Notes: generated by a model from the letters alone, not told the origin. DNA of 63,740 nt, filler included, from Chrysochromulina tobinii (GCA_001275005.1; 6 parts of 6 records of this genome joined end to end with filler, not necessarily neighbours in it); one strand, 5' to 3'. Counted from the first letter of the whole stretch, positions 13,254 through 24,100 are shown. Made by a program: numbers and translations.

Positions 13254-14852
13254 GTGAATGCAATGAAGCATGCGACACTCGCCCAAGCCTCGCTCGGCAC
13301 CATCGCGCTGCTCATTCTCTACGCGGACGCGGTGCTGCGAGTGATCAATGGACTGTTTGGCGACGGGTTTGGCCCACTGCTCGAGGGCCCCGTGCACACG
13401 TTCCGTGGCAGCCGGTGGCTGCCGCCGCCGCCCTTGCCGTCTTCTTCTTCTTCTGCACCACGGCCGTCACCGCCAGCCTCCGCCACCGTCGTCAACAGTC
13501 GACTGCCGCCGATGTACCGTCGCACCGCCAACTGGACCGACGTCGACGAAGGCATCGAAAAGTGCGCCAAGCACGAGCTGCTCCTCGGCAATTTGTATGC
13601 CGACTTTGCGCCATGGGTGGACCTCGGCCTCCGCATTGAGGAGCGGCAGATGGCGGCAGCGATCAACTTTGCGGAGAAGCGACGCGGCAAGTGGAACTCG
13701 TGGGTGACAGACTCGTTCACGCCCATCCTGATCAAGGACGGCCGCATATACCTCACGCTCGGCCCGCCGCTCAAAGACCCGACTAACTATTTCTGGACGG
13801 TGCTGTCGGACCTGCAGCTGCTCTCGAGGACGACGCGGCTACCCGACGCGGAGCTGCTGCTCAACTTTGCGGACACGCCCATAGTCTACGCCGCCGACTC
13901 GGGCGCGCCCACCGAGCCGGGCCTGCCCATCTTCTCGTACTGCAAGCGCGAGCGCTTTTTGGACGTCCTCGTGCCTGGATACTACACACCCGACCGCGTG
14001 TGCAAAGCGTACCGCGAGCCGGCGGGAAAGGGCGCGAACGCGGCGTACCCGTGGCATGCCAAGCGGCGCGTCGCCTTTGCGCGCTACACGCACTTTTGCA
14101 AGCCGCAGAAGCAGCACGACGAGTACGGCAGGCCTTTACCGCCGTGCGCTCGCTCGTGGTTTGCAAGGCTCGCGCGATCGCCTCAAGGCGCGGCACGCCT
14201 CGATGTGAAGCCCCTCAACGTGGTCAACGACACGAGCGACCCCTCACTCGCCTATGGGCAGCAGCTGCTCGAGGCGGGCTCTTCGTTGCCCCTGGCTGAG
14301 CATGGTCAGTACGCCTACCTGCTCGACACAGACGGCTTCACCTCGGCGTACAAGCTGCAGCAACTCCTTGCGATGAACTCTTTGGTGTTGCACCACCGCT
14401 CGCCGTGGCGCTCGTACTACCACCCGAGCCTCGCCCCCTTTGTACACTACGTGCCCGTGTGGCGCTCCTCGCGTGACGATGTGCTCCGCCTTCTCGACTG
14501 GCTTGATCACCACGATGCGCTCGCGCGTCGCATCGCGCGCAACGGACAGCACTTTGCGTGTGAGCACCTGACACAGCCCGGCCGCCTGTGCTACTGGCAG
14601 CGTGCCATCGAGCTGTACGCGAGCCTGCAGGCGTACACTCCCTCCCTCGCTCGCCGGCCGCGTGCCTTCCCGCTCGACGCGCTCAACATCATGTGCCGCA
14701 TCCGAGATCAGCCCATCGTATGCTACTACAACGTGCGCCTGCCGACCGAGGGTGCCCCGCCCGGCTACGAGTGCGCCAAGCCCATTCCAAATGAGCGGCC
14801 TGGGCGCTTCGAGGAGTGCTGGTACAAGGGAGCACAGCCGCCGGCATTGTAG
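13254..14852 (+). CDS. Glycosyltransferase family 90 (CAP10/POGLUT/KDELC-like), type II membrane protein
   Basis: N-terminal hydrophobic anchor; LPDAELLLNFADTP, PIFSYCK, YPWHAKRRVAFAR, YAYLLDTDGFTSAYKLQQLLAMNSLVL, YYHPSLAPFVHYVPV and ARRIARNGQHFA are GT90 motifs. Confidence 0.85.
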   Translation: MNAMKHATLAQASLGTIALLILYADAVLRVINGLFGDGFGPLLEGPVHTFRGSRWLPPPPLPSSSSSAPRPSPPASATVVNSRLPPMYRRTANWTDVDEGIEKCAKHELLLGNLYADFAPWVDLGLRIEERQMAAAINFAEKRRGKWNSWVTDSFTPILIKDGRIYLTLGPPLKDPTNYFWTVLSDLQLLSRTTRLPDAELLLNFADTPIVYAADSGAPTEPGLPIFSYCKRERFLDVLVPGYYTPDRVCKAYREPAGKGANAAYPWHAKRRVAFARYTHFCKPQKQHDEYGRPLPPCARSWFARLARSPQGAARLDVKPLNVVNDTSDPSLAYGQQLLEAGSSLPLAEHGQYAYLLDTDGFTSAYKLQQLLAMNSLVLHHRSPWRSYYHPSLAPFVHYVPVWRSSRDDVLRLLDWLDHHDALARRIARNGQHFACEHLTQPGRLCYWQRAIELYASLQAYTPSLARRPRAFPLDALNIMCRIRDQPIVCYYNVRLPTEGAPPGYECAKPIPNERPGRFEECWYKGAQPPAL

Positions 14853-15407
14853 GCGTCGAGTCCCAAATTCGTCCGAGGTTCCTCCAATTCGCGCGGTTGC
14901 TCATCGCCGTAAACATCGCCCGCCAAAGCCGAAAACGGCCACGCTCCTTCTCCTGCTGCGTGACCCCATCTATAATCGCGGCATCGCAAAGGCGCGCAAA
15001 TGGCAGCGACCTCCCTATGGAATGGATTCACATGTGGCAGCACTCGGAGGCCATGCTGGATCAATTCACATTCACCGCACAGACCTGGAGCCGATGAATT
15101 AGCCAATTGACAGAGTTCACGGGCGAGACTTCTACGTTCCATCTTCTATTGTAAACATGCGCAGGTATTCCGTGATAGTTGTGATACGAACCACGTGATT
15201 GGAATACTGTATTTTGTATAGGAATGTACGATTGTATTAAACGCATTACTCCTATAAAAATGCGAACCACGTGCACGCCCGACCGGACTCTAGGACTCAG
15301 ATCTTTCAGTCGTTCAGGACGTGTACAGTGTTTTGGCCTGACGTGAGTGTGCGCTCGCAGCAGGCGGCGAGGATGACGACGCATATGTCGACCCGACCTC
15401 CAATAGA

Positions 15408-18182
15408 TCACAGACCAGGCAAGCGCGGCGGCAGGTTCCACGCCTCACGCTGCTTCTCGAGCTTCTCCTCGGTTACCGGGTACGCCGCTCGGCCGGCCTG
15501 GTTCTGCATCCAGATACAGAGCGTCGCCGTCTCACCCTGCACGAAGCGGGTGCGCGCACTGCTCGCTTGGTGCTGGAAGCCCTCAACGTACCGGTGAGCT
15601 TCCTTATCGAGCACGAGCACGCGCGACAGGTGCGGGCTCGCCTGCACCGCGCGCCAGAAGCGACTTGGGGGGGACGTCCTCCAGTCGGGCACCACGAGCA
15701 CGAAAGAGCCCGCGTGCGCCGACCCTTCGGCCTCGCGCCGCGACAACTCGTGAGAGAGCACCTCAACGGCCATCTCCATGAGCTCGTCATCGTACGGTGG
15801 GCCGCACTCCGCGGACTGCCAGCCGGCGAGCACGCCGCGGCGCGCGGCGCCAAAAAAGTTGCCCGAAGACCCGAATGCCACGTCAGTGTCCGAAAAGGCT
15901 GAGCAGAAGCGGGGCTGCCGCCGATTCATCGGGGAGGCGAAGCACTCAGCGTGGACGCCAAAGTCGGTGGTGAGCGCATCCATGGCGGGCGGCGGTGTCG
16001 CGAGCTGCCAGCCGCGGCCCTCGCCGCCGTTGGGGCCAAAGAGTGCCGCGTACCGGTGCAGTAACAGGAATAGTCGTGTCTCAAAGTGGGCAGGGCTGCC
16101 TCGAAAGGCCTGCCGTAGCTTCCTCACGCACACCGCGTTCACGCGGTGCTCGCTGCGCTGGCGGGGCGGCGGAGGATCGAGCCACACGCGGAAGCCGCCA
16201 TCGGGCAGCTCGGCGCCGAACACGGCAGGCGCCGACGCGGCGGCCTCGTCGGGCGAGCGTCTGAACGCCGCCGCCGCCTCAAGCACCTTCTCGCGCTCGC
16301 GCAGCCACGCCTGGCGCAGCCATGCATCGAGTTGGACAGCGTGCTCCAACGCAGGCTCTCGATCAGCATCAACGGGCTGTTCGGCACGTTCGCGCGCACG
16401 CTCGACGTACTTGATGAGCGGCCAAGAGTCACCGTGCGCTGTGGCCGAGGGCGCCGCGAGCGGTACGAAGAGGTGCTCGCCAATCAGCCACTCCCCCGAG
16501 ATATTCTTTGAGTGGCTGCGTGCGAGCTGCACGAAGATGAAGGCATTCATCGCCTCGTTGGAGGGCGGGCGGCCGGTCACCCTAACCACCTCCCGCTCAA
16601 AGGCCTTTCGCAGCCGCAGCATACATTCGGTGCGCACCACCTCCACGAGCACGTCAATCGGCCTAGGCGCCAGCAGCTCGCGCTCTATGATTGTGAGACA
16701 CGTGGCGGTGCTGGTGACCCCCGAAGCGAGCTCATCGCTCAGCTTGTCCCACTGTGACTCGCTGTACACTCCTCGTGCCAAGGCGAGCGCAGCCGCCTCA
16801 TCGAGCCGAGCCTCAATACACGCGACGTCGAGTAACGCGACCTCATAGTCCACTGCAGCCTCGGAACTGAGCAATGGGCCATATCCTTCATCAAACTCTG
16901 GCTCGTCCTCCGCCGCCTGTGGAAACAGAGCACTGTGGGCAGAGCCATTTTCCCACAGCTCGTCCTCCGCCGCCTGTGGAAACAGAGCACTGTGGGCAGA
17001 GCCATTTTCCCACAGCTCGTCCTCCGCCGTCTCTGCGTCCGCGTCCGCGTCCGCATCCCCGTCCGCGTCCGAGCCCGCCGCCTCCACCGCCTCCGCCGCC
17101 ACCTCCGCCGCCTCCGACGCCACCTCTGCCGCCTCCGCCGCCACCTCCGCCGCCTCCGCCGCCACCTCCGCCGCCGCCACCTCCGCTACCTCCTCCTCCA
17201 CCGCCGCCGCCGCCACCACCTCGTCGTGCCGACCCTGCATAGCGACTTCAAGCTCCTCTCTGCGATCGGATACCGCCGCCACCGCCGACGAGCCGGAGAA
17301 GAGCTTGAGCACCGCCTTCCGGCGTGCCGGTGGCTCGAGCTGGACGCAGAGCATGTAAGCCTTATGAGCGATCGCGTGCGCCGGTCGAGCGCCATGCCGA
17401 GCGCCTCCGTTCGCCGGCGGCTGCAGCGCGTACATGACGACGCGAATGGCATTATCACGGCCTACTACCTTGCCCACGTCGACGTCGCCCACAGGCGTCC
17501 CCTTCACCTTCCACGCGAAAAGGTCGATGCACGTCGAGAAGGTGCAAATCGTGTACGTGCAGTCGAGCCGAATCCTCATCGGCCTGCCGCCCTTCGGGTG
17601 TGTTCTGCCGCCGGTGATGTCGGTGCCCAGCGTGGGGAGCGCCTCACCATCGGGCGTCTCCACGACAATGTCGCACCCCTTAAATAGCGGCGCGACGAGG
17701 TGTGGCAACTCGAAGTCAACGCCGACCTTGTCCTTCGAGCCGAAGGAAACATCGATGTCTGGTTCGTAAGAGCGCACGAAGCTGAAGAGCGTGTTCGAGA
17801 TGCCGCGCGCCATCATGCTCAACCGGAGCACCTCGGAGAGCTCCATGCCGATAAAGAAGCGCTCGGGCGCCTGCTTGAAGCGGCCTTGCAGCTGAATCTC
17901 AAAGTAGCGCCTGTAGAAGGTACCCGGAGTGAGAACGGGCACCGTGGGGTCGCGCACGAAGATTAGGCATGTGCCCTCGAAGTAATCGTTGCTTATGCGC
18001 GTCAGCGTGCCCGCCCGCACGCAGACGGGTTGCGATGCGGACACGTCCGCTGCATCGAACACGCCGAGGTGGTCGAGTGGGAGCCGTGTCCCTGCACCGT
18101 CGCAACTTGTACTCCGCATCCCAGGCCTGCAGGGCCAGATGCAAATGTGAACGCTGCCGACGCGCACACGTTGCGCGGACAT
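15408..18182 (-). CDS. DUF1769-like domain fused to PCIF1/CAPAM-like (cap m6Am) methyltransferase domain
   Basis: N-terminal ISNDYFEG...RRYFEIQLQGRFK...FFIGMEL (DUF1769-like); acidic Ala/Glu linker; C-terminal LLLHRY...Q.A.P...FGVHAECFASPMN...FCSAFSDTDVAFGSSGNFF...SFVLVVPDW...HRYVEGFQH (PCIF1). True start may be the ATG at 18119. Confidence 0.8.
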   Translation of the reverse strand: MSAQRVRVGSVHICIWPCRPGMRSTSCDGAGTRLPLDHLGVFDAADVSASQPVCVRAGTLTRISNDYFEGTCLIFVRDPTVPVLTPGTFYRRYFEIQLQGRFKQAPERFFIGMELSEVLRLSMMARGISNTLFSFVRSYEPDIDVSFGSKDKVGVDFELPHLVAPLFKGCDIVVETPDGEALPTLGTDITGGRTHPKGGRPMRIRLDCTYTICTFSTCIDLFAWKVKGTPVGDVDVGKVVGRDNAIRVVMYALQPPANGGARHGARPAHAIAHKAYMLCVQLEPPARRKAVLKLFSGSSAVAAVSDRREELEVAMQGRHDEVVAAAAVEEEVAEVAAAEVAAEAAEVAAEAAEVASEAAEVAAEAVEAAGSDADGDADADADAETAEDELWENGSAHSALFPQAAEDELWENGSAHSALFPQAAEDEPEFDEGYGPLLSSEAAVDYEVALLDVACIEARLDEAAALALARGVYSESQWDKLSDELASGVTSTATCLTIIERELLAPRPIDVLVEVVRTECMLRLRKAFEREVVRVTGRPPSNEAMNAFIFVQLARSHSKNISGEWLIGEHLFVPLAAPSATAHGDSWPLIKYVERARERAEQPVDADREPALEHAVQLDAWLRQAWLREREKVLEAAAAFRRSPDEAAASAPAVFGAELPDGGFRVWLDPPPPRQRSEHRVNAVCVRKLRQAFRGSPAHFETRLFLLLHRYAALFGPNGGEGRGWQLATPPPAMDALTTDFGVHAECFASPMNRRQPRFCSAFSDTDVAFGSSGNFFGAARRGVLAGWQSAECGPPYDDELMEMAVEVLSHELSRREAEGSAHAGSFVLVVPDWRTSPPSRFWRAVQASPHLSRVLVLDKEAHRYVEGFQHQASSARTRFVQGETATLCIWMQNQAGRAAYPVTEEKLEKQREAWNLPPRLPGL
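16901..17029. repeat. 57-bp coding tandem duplication (AEDELWENGSAHSALFPQA x2)
   Basis: Two exact adjacent copies visible in both DNA and protein. Confidence 0.95.
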
Positions 18183-18224
18183 CCTCTCTAAAATTAGTCT
18201 TACCGGTTCAAAATATTAGTCTCA

Positions 18225-18343
18225 CCGGTAAAAAGACACCGGGGGGAGCCGGGACTCCGGTAAAAAGACACCGGGGGGAGCCGGGACACACACGGGACAC
18301 ACGGGACACGCGGACGCACAAAGGCACACAGACCAATCTCACA
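18225..18343. repeat. 31-bp direct repeat (period 32) plus CACACGGGA repeats at contig end; probable end of an interspersed repeat
   Basis: ccggtaaaaagacaccggggggagccgggac at 18225-18255 and 18257-18287. Confidence 0.75.
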
Positions 18344-18443
18344 NNNNNNNNNNNNNNNNNNNNNNNNNNNNNNNNNNNNNNNNNNNNTTAATTAATTAAN
18401 NNNNNNNNNNNNNNNNNNNNNNNNNNNNNNNNNNNNNNNNNNN
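18344..18443. other. Artificial contig-joining spacer
   Basis: 44 N + TTAATTAATTAA (stops in all frames) + 44 N. Confidence 0.99.
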
Positions 18444-20854
18444 AGACGGCGCGCCCCTCCTCCGCGCACCCGTCCGCGCCCCCCGCCGCGCCGAGCGCCG
18501 TCCCGAGCGGCGCCTGCCCGTGCCCGAGCGCCGTCTCGAGCGCCTCGTGGAGCGTGCGCTGCACCTCGCAAAGGCGCCGTGTCGAGCGCTCGCTCGAGGT
18601 CGACGCTCGTTCGAGCCGTGCCGAGAGGCTGCGCACGCGCGCCCGCTCGCGCGCCGTCTCGGCGACGGCCTCCGCCAGCTGCGCGGCACTGGCTGCGAGG
18701 GCTGCCGCGCACGTCGAGCGCAGCTCGCGTGCCGCGTCGTCGCGAGCGGCCAGGGCAGCCTGGGCCACCTCGAGCTGCGTGCGCGCCGTGTTGAGCGCCG
18801 CCTCCGCGTCCGCCTTCCCCTGCCGCGCCGTCGCGAGCGCGTCGGCCAGCTCGGCGGCGAGCCCCGCGACGGTGGCGCTCAATACGGCGCTCTCGCACTC
18901 GCGCTCGGCACGGGCGACCTGCAGGTCGGCGAGGAGGGCTTGGCGACCCAGCGCCGCCGCCGCCGCCTCCGCCTCCACCTCGGCGCACGCCGCCTGCAGC
19001 AGGGCCAGCGACAGCGCATTCGCGCTCGCGTCGTCGTGGGCGCCCACGTCGTCGTGGGCGTACGCGTCGTCGTGGGCGCTCGCGTCGTCGACGCCGTCCT
19101 CGTGCGCGCCGTCGTGAGCGCTCTGGAGGGCGGCGAGCGCGGTGCGCAGCGCCTCAACGCCGCTCCGCGTGGCCGTGGCCGCCACCCACTGGGCGCCCCG
19201 GGAGCCTCTCACGACAGCGAGCGTCTCGCGTTCCGCCTCCTCCCTCGCCGCCCTCGCCGCCGCCTCCGCCGCCTCCGCCGCCTCGGCCTGCTCGGTGGCC
19301 GCGTGCGCGGTCGCCTCCGCCGCCGCCTGCGCCTCCACCGCCCGCGCCCGGCGCACTTCAGCCTGCCGGGCGAGCTCCTCCACGTGACGCAGGCGCTTCT
19401 CGAAGATCCCTGCTCGCCCCTCCGCCTCCTCTCTGAGCGCCTCCGCCCTGGTCGCCCGCGCCTCTGCCTCCGCCGTGCGCTGCTCGAAGCTGCGGCGCTC
19501 GTCGACCAGGGAATTGAGGAGGACATCCTCGGCGGCCCGTGTGCGCCGATGCTGCCCGGAGAGGTGCAGAAGCTCCTCGAGCTGCACGCGCTCGGCCTGC
19601 TCGACACGGCGCGCACGCAGGGAGGGCAATGAGGGAGGCAATGAGGGAGGCAATTAGGGGAGGCAATTAAGGAGGCAATTAGGGAGGCAATGAGGGAGGG
19701 TCATCAGAGGCAATCAGAGGCAATCAGAGGCCATCAGAGGCCATCAGAGGCCATCAGAGGTCATCAGAGGCACTAACCTGCTCGGCACGGCGCGTCGCCT
19801 GCAGCTCGAGTAACTGCGCGCGCGTGGCGCTCAGCTCGGCGCTCAGCTCGGACGCCGTCCCGGGCGCCGTCTCGGGCGCCGTCTCGGTGGCCGTCGTGGT
19901 CACCGCCACCCCAGCCGATGCCTGCGACCCGTCAGGAGGCGATGCCTGCGACCCGTCGGAGGGCGATGCCGAGCTTGCGGGCGTTGTGGCGGTCCTCGGC
20001 GAAGGCGCGTCAGCGGCCAGCGCCGTGTCGAGCACCGAACATTCCTCGGCCGATGGCGCGAGTGCATCGGGAGGAGGCGCCACCTGGTGCTCGACACGGC
20101 GCTTGGCGATGGGGGCCGTCACCGCGGCCCAGCTCCGGGTGGCCGTGGGTGCGGCGGTGGCTGTGGGTGCGGCGGTGGCTGTGGGTGCGGCGGTGGCTGT
20201 GGGCGCGGCGGTGGTTGTGGGTGCGGCGGTGGCTGTGGGCGCGGCGGTGGTTGTGGGTGCGGCGGTGGTTGTGGGTGCGGCGGTGGTTGTGGGCACAGCC
20301 GGTGCCGAGGCCTTCTGCCGCTGAGTGGGCTTGAGCGGCGCGGAGGAGAGCGGCCGCTCGCCTGCGACGGTGGCGCCACTTGCAGTGCCACCTGCAGTGC
20401 CTTGTCCGAACACCTGCAGTGGCTCCCGGCCACCTGCAGTGGCGGGTGCCTTGCCCGACGTCCGATTCGGTGCTGCGAGGAGGAGCTGGGTAGGCGACGC
20501 CGAGCGCTGGTGCTTGCCTCCTCCGTTGCTCCCTCGGCCTCCCTTGCCTCCCCTGCTGGCGCGCTGAGCTTGGAAGCTCGCGTCGCTGCTACTGCTGCCA
20601 CCCTGGCCGTCCAGCAGGTGCTCGATCGCTGCAGTACGCGATTCAAGAGCGTGGGCTTGCGTGAGGGAGAGCAATCGCACAGCAGAGATTCAGAGGCTCG
20701 AGACGCTTTGGGACTGCGGGCTCGTACCGAGCTCCACGCCACCCTTCTGCTTGAGTGCACTCTCGATTGCGGACCGCTCCGCGCCCGGAAAGCACTCCTC
20801 TATCGTCCTCACGGCCGCCTCGAACTTGTCCTCGTGCTCTTCCTCGCGCAGCAT
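18444..20854 (-). CDS. CUE/UBA-like domain, Thr/Ala-repeat and coiled-coil protein (3' end truncated by contig end)
   Basis: Exons 20854-20728, 20628-19778 and 19596-18444. Splicing GT-AG intron 20629-20727 restores the CUE motif FPGAERSAIESALKQKGGVEL|AIEHLL. Intron 19597-19777 joins RRAEQ|AERVQ. Exon 3 is an Ala/Glu/Arg coiled coil. Confidence 0.7.
19597..19777 (-). other. Decamer-array intron (GT-AG) with 18-nt flanking direct repeat
   Basis: Sense array of CTGATGRCCT/CTGATTGCCT, then CCCTCATTGCCT variants; 19596-19613 matches 19777-19794 at 17/18. Confidence 0.88.
20145..20294. repeat. 18-bp coding tandem repeat (PTTTAA/PTATAA, about 8 copies)
   Basis: gtgggtgcggcggtgg(c/t)t units. Confidence 0.92.
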
Positions 20855-21116
20855 CCCGTCGGCGCCGCGCACTTTGGCCTTCGTGAGGGACGATAGGCCG
20901 ACATCTTCGCGCCCTGCTCGACAAGTTCCGGGCGAAGACGTGCCGGTTCACAGCCCGAGCCGTCCGCCCCTCTTATGCAAATTAGAGTTGGGAGGAGTTG
21001 AATGGCGTGAATTGAGTTGAGTGTCGTCAAACCGCGCAATTCATTCACGCCTCTAAAACGAGCAGGTTCCTGATGTTTTTTTTTGGCACCGGTTGCCCTC
21101 CTCGTCCACTCTGTCG

Positions 21117-24100
21117 ATGGAGGCGGAGGCGGCGACCAAGGTTCAGGCTGCGCAACGCGGCAAGGCCGCACGCAAGGCTCTGGGGGAGCAAGCCGCGGCA
21201 GCGCCTCCAGCTGAGCCTCCAGCAGCGGCGGTCGTCGCAGCAGCTTCCGACGCCGGCATCGAAGCAGCGGCTGCCAGCGACCCAGCTCCAGCTCCAGTCG
21301 CTTCGGGGGCACCAGTGGCGTCGGTAGCTGCGCCAAACCCTCCACTGTCACCGGCGGTGGCGAAGGCGATCAACGATGCTGAAGCCGCGGCAGACGCTGC
21401 CGTAGCCGCCGGCGAGTCTGCGGCCCAATCAGGCACCGGAGCGGGCGTGGCAGCACCGGTCGCAGGCACCGGAGCGGCAGCAGCACCGGTCGCAGGCGCC
21501 GGAGCAGCAGCGGCGGACAGCGCAGAGCCCCCCGGGACAGCAGCGGCTGCCACCAGCAGCAACGTACCGGTAAATCCTCCGTCATCTCGCCGCCGCCCGG
21601 CGACCGCCGGCAGCACTGCGAAGCCCCTGAGTAAATCGCTTCCTTCCAAGGCGATGCTCGGCACGGCGCTCCCATCCAAGGCGGCGCTCGGCAACAGCGC
21701 TCGGCAACAACAGCAGCTAGCGAAGACGAGCTCTGCCACCAAAGCCGTCCACCTGACCGATGGCGCTGGGCCCGGCTCGTACGACCCCGTCTGGCAGATT
21801 GATTCGGTGAAGAGCCCCGCGTACTCCTTCGGACGACCAAAGGACGCCCCGCCGAGTGCGCGGCAGCGCAAGCAGAGCGCCACCACGGCGCCCTTCATCG
21901 AGGCGGGCGCCGTGGCGGGCGCCGTGGTTGGCGCCGTGGCGGGCGCGCGGCTCGCCGCATCGCTCAACGAGCTCGATCGCGTCAAGCGCGTGCTCGAGGC
22001 CAAGGCTGCGGAGCCAGGCCCCGGTTCGCATGACCCCAAGTTCCTCAAGCAGCAGAACGCGCCCGCCTTTTCGTTTGGCTCGGCGCGCCAGCACGGACCC
22101 GTGAGCGTCTCGACGACGCCCGGGCCAGGCCGGTACGACCACTAATGACCACTAATTGCCATTAATTGCCACTGATTGCCACTGATTGCCACTGGCCCTC
22201 GCCACGGCAGGTACGACCCGACGGACATCAAGCTGACGCGCCAGCCTGCATTCAAATGGGGCGGCGGCATGGACAACTCGCCGCCAAAGTTCCGTCCAAG
22301 CATCAACGTGCCCAGCCCAGGCCCTGGTGAGTCCTGAGATGAGAAGCTCATCAGTGCCCTCTGAGTGCCATCTGATGACCGCTGATTGCTTCGCTCATCA
22401 GGTGAGTCCTGGCCCGAGAAGCTCACGATCGTCGTCGGAGCGGAGAGGAAGAAGAAGGGCGGCGGTTGGGAGCCCGTGCCGGTAGACCCGACTCCGCGGC
22501 CTCGTCCGGCATCGGCATCGGCATCGGCGGGGGCAAGCACGGCCCTCGCCACGACAGGTACGGGCTGCGAGCGTGGGTGGGGAAGCGCCGAGCGCCACTA
22601 ATTGCCACTGATGGCCACTAATGGCCACTGAGTGCCCTTAATGGCTCTCTCCCCTTGCGCAGCTGCGAGCCTCGATTGGGAAGGGCTGAGCGCCACTGAT
22701 TACCACTTATTGCCACTAATTGCCACTAATTGCCACTGCGCAGCTGCGAGCCTCGATTGGGAAGGGCTGAGCGCCACTGATTACCACTAATTGCCACTAA
22801 TTGCCACTAATTGCCACTAATTGCCACTAATTGCCACTGCGCAGCTGCGAGCCTCGATTGGGAAGGGCTGAGCGCCAAGCTACCGACCGGCAAGGACGCG
22901 GCCTCGTCCAAGACGCGCAAGGAGCTTTGGCATCGCTCCGACCCGAATCAAAACGGCTTCCTCTCCCTCGCCGAGATTGACGAGATGATCGGCGCGCATC
23001 TACGCGCCGTGGTGGGCACGTACAAGTTCGCCGCCCCGTGGTGGCATCGGCAGCTCGCCCGAAACGGCGCGCCGCCCAAGAAGCCGGACTTGCGCCTGGC
23101 CTTGGCTGCGACCCTCCGTTGTGGCGACGCCCAGGCCCAGCCGAGCGTGCCGACTGCAGAGCTTGTGCTCATGAGTCCGTTGGAGCTGCGGGTCGAGCGC
23201 AGCCAGTTCCGCACGCTGCTGATCGCGCTGCGTGAGTCCATCAAGAAGGCACTCGACATCAGCGAGGATGCTCTGGTCGACGCCGTCAAGAAGGCTCTCG
23301 AGGATGAGGCAAAGCCCCCCGAACCCCCACAGCTCCTCTCGCCACGTACCCAGGTGCCTCTAATGACCTCTGATTGCCTCTGATGACCTCTAATGTCCTC
23401 TGATGGCCTCTGATGACCTCTGACGTCTTCTGATGGCCTCTGAGGGCCTCTAATGACCTCTGATGGCCTTTGATGACCTCTGATGGCCTCTGATGGCCTC
23501 TAATGACCTCTGATGGCCTCTAATGACCTCTGATGGCCTCGAATGACCTCTGATGGCCTCTCGCCACGTGCTCAGGGAGCTCTCGCCGTGGGCGAATTCC
23601 TCATCTCCAAAGGGGGCGCCGCCGAGATAACCGCCGAGACGTCGCCGACCAAGCACGCGCCTAGTTTGGGAGGGCTCTATTTCCCGCCCGACGCTCCGCT
23701 GCCGAAACTGTGCTACAGCTACAAGGGGGCCGTCGTGCCCATCCAGACGACTTCCAAATTTGATCCGACTGACGTGACGTGCAAGTCCGTCAACCGGATG
23801 CACCGCACACACGAGATGCCGCCGGAGCATGCAGTGGGCGCCCCAGTCCTCGGCGGCGTGCCAGCTCGGAATCTCAAAAACTCCAAGTTCACACCGCACC
23901 ATCCGATCCCACCGATGGGCGCCCCTTACGGCCTCCCCTTTGCCCTCGGCCAGGTGCTTCTGAGGACCTCTAATGACCTCTGATGGCCTCTGATGACCTA
24001 CGGCCTCCCCTTTGCCCTCGGCCAGGTGCTTCTGATGACCTCTGATGGACTCTAGTGACCTCTGAAAGCCTCTGATGACCTCTGATTGCCCTCTCGGCCA

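Noticed and set aside
18344..18443. TTAATTAATTAA motif as a biological site (also at 33446, 44328, 52397 and 62497)
   Set aside because: Identical N-padded linker added when the contigs were concatenated; gene neighbourhoods across it are meaningless.
19597..19777. Decamer arrays as telomeric repeats
   Set aside because: They are internal, spliced in frame and unlike TTAGGG-type repeats.
22656..22877. CRISPR-like repeat-spacer pattern (40-nt repeat x3)
   Set aside because: The spacers are themselves decamer tandem repeats, the repeat is host acceptor/exon sequence, the context is a eukaryotic intron, and there are no cas genes.
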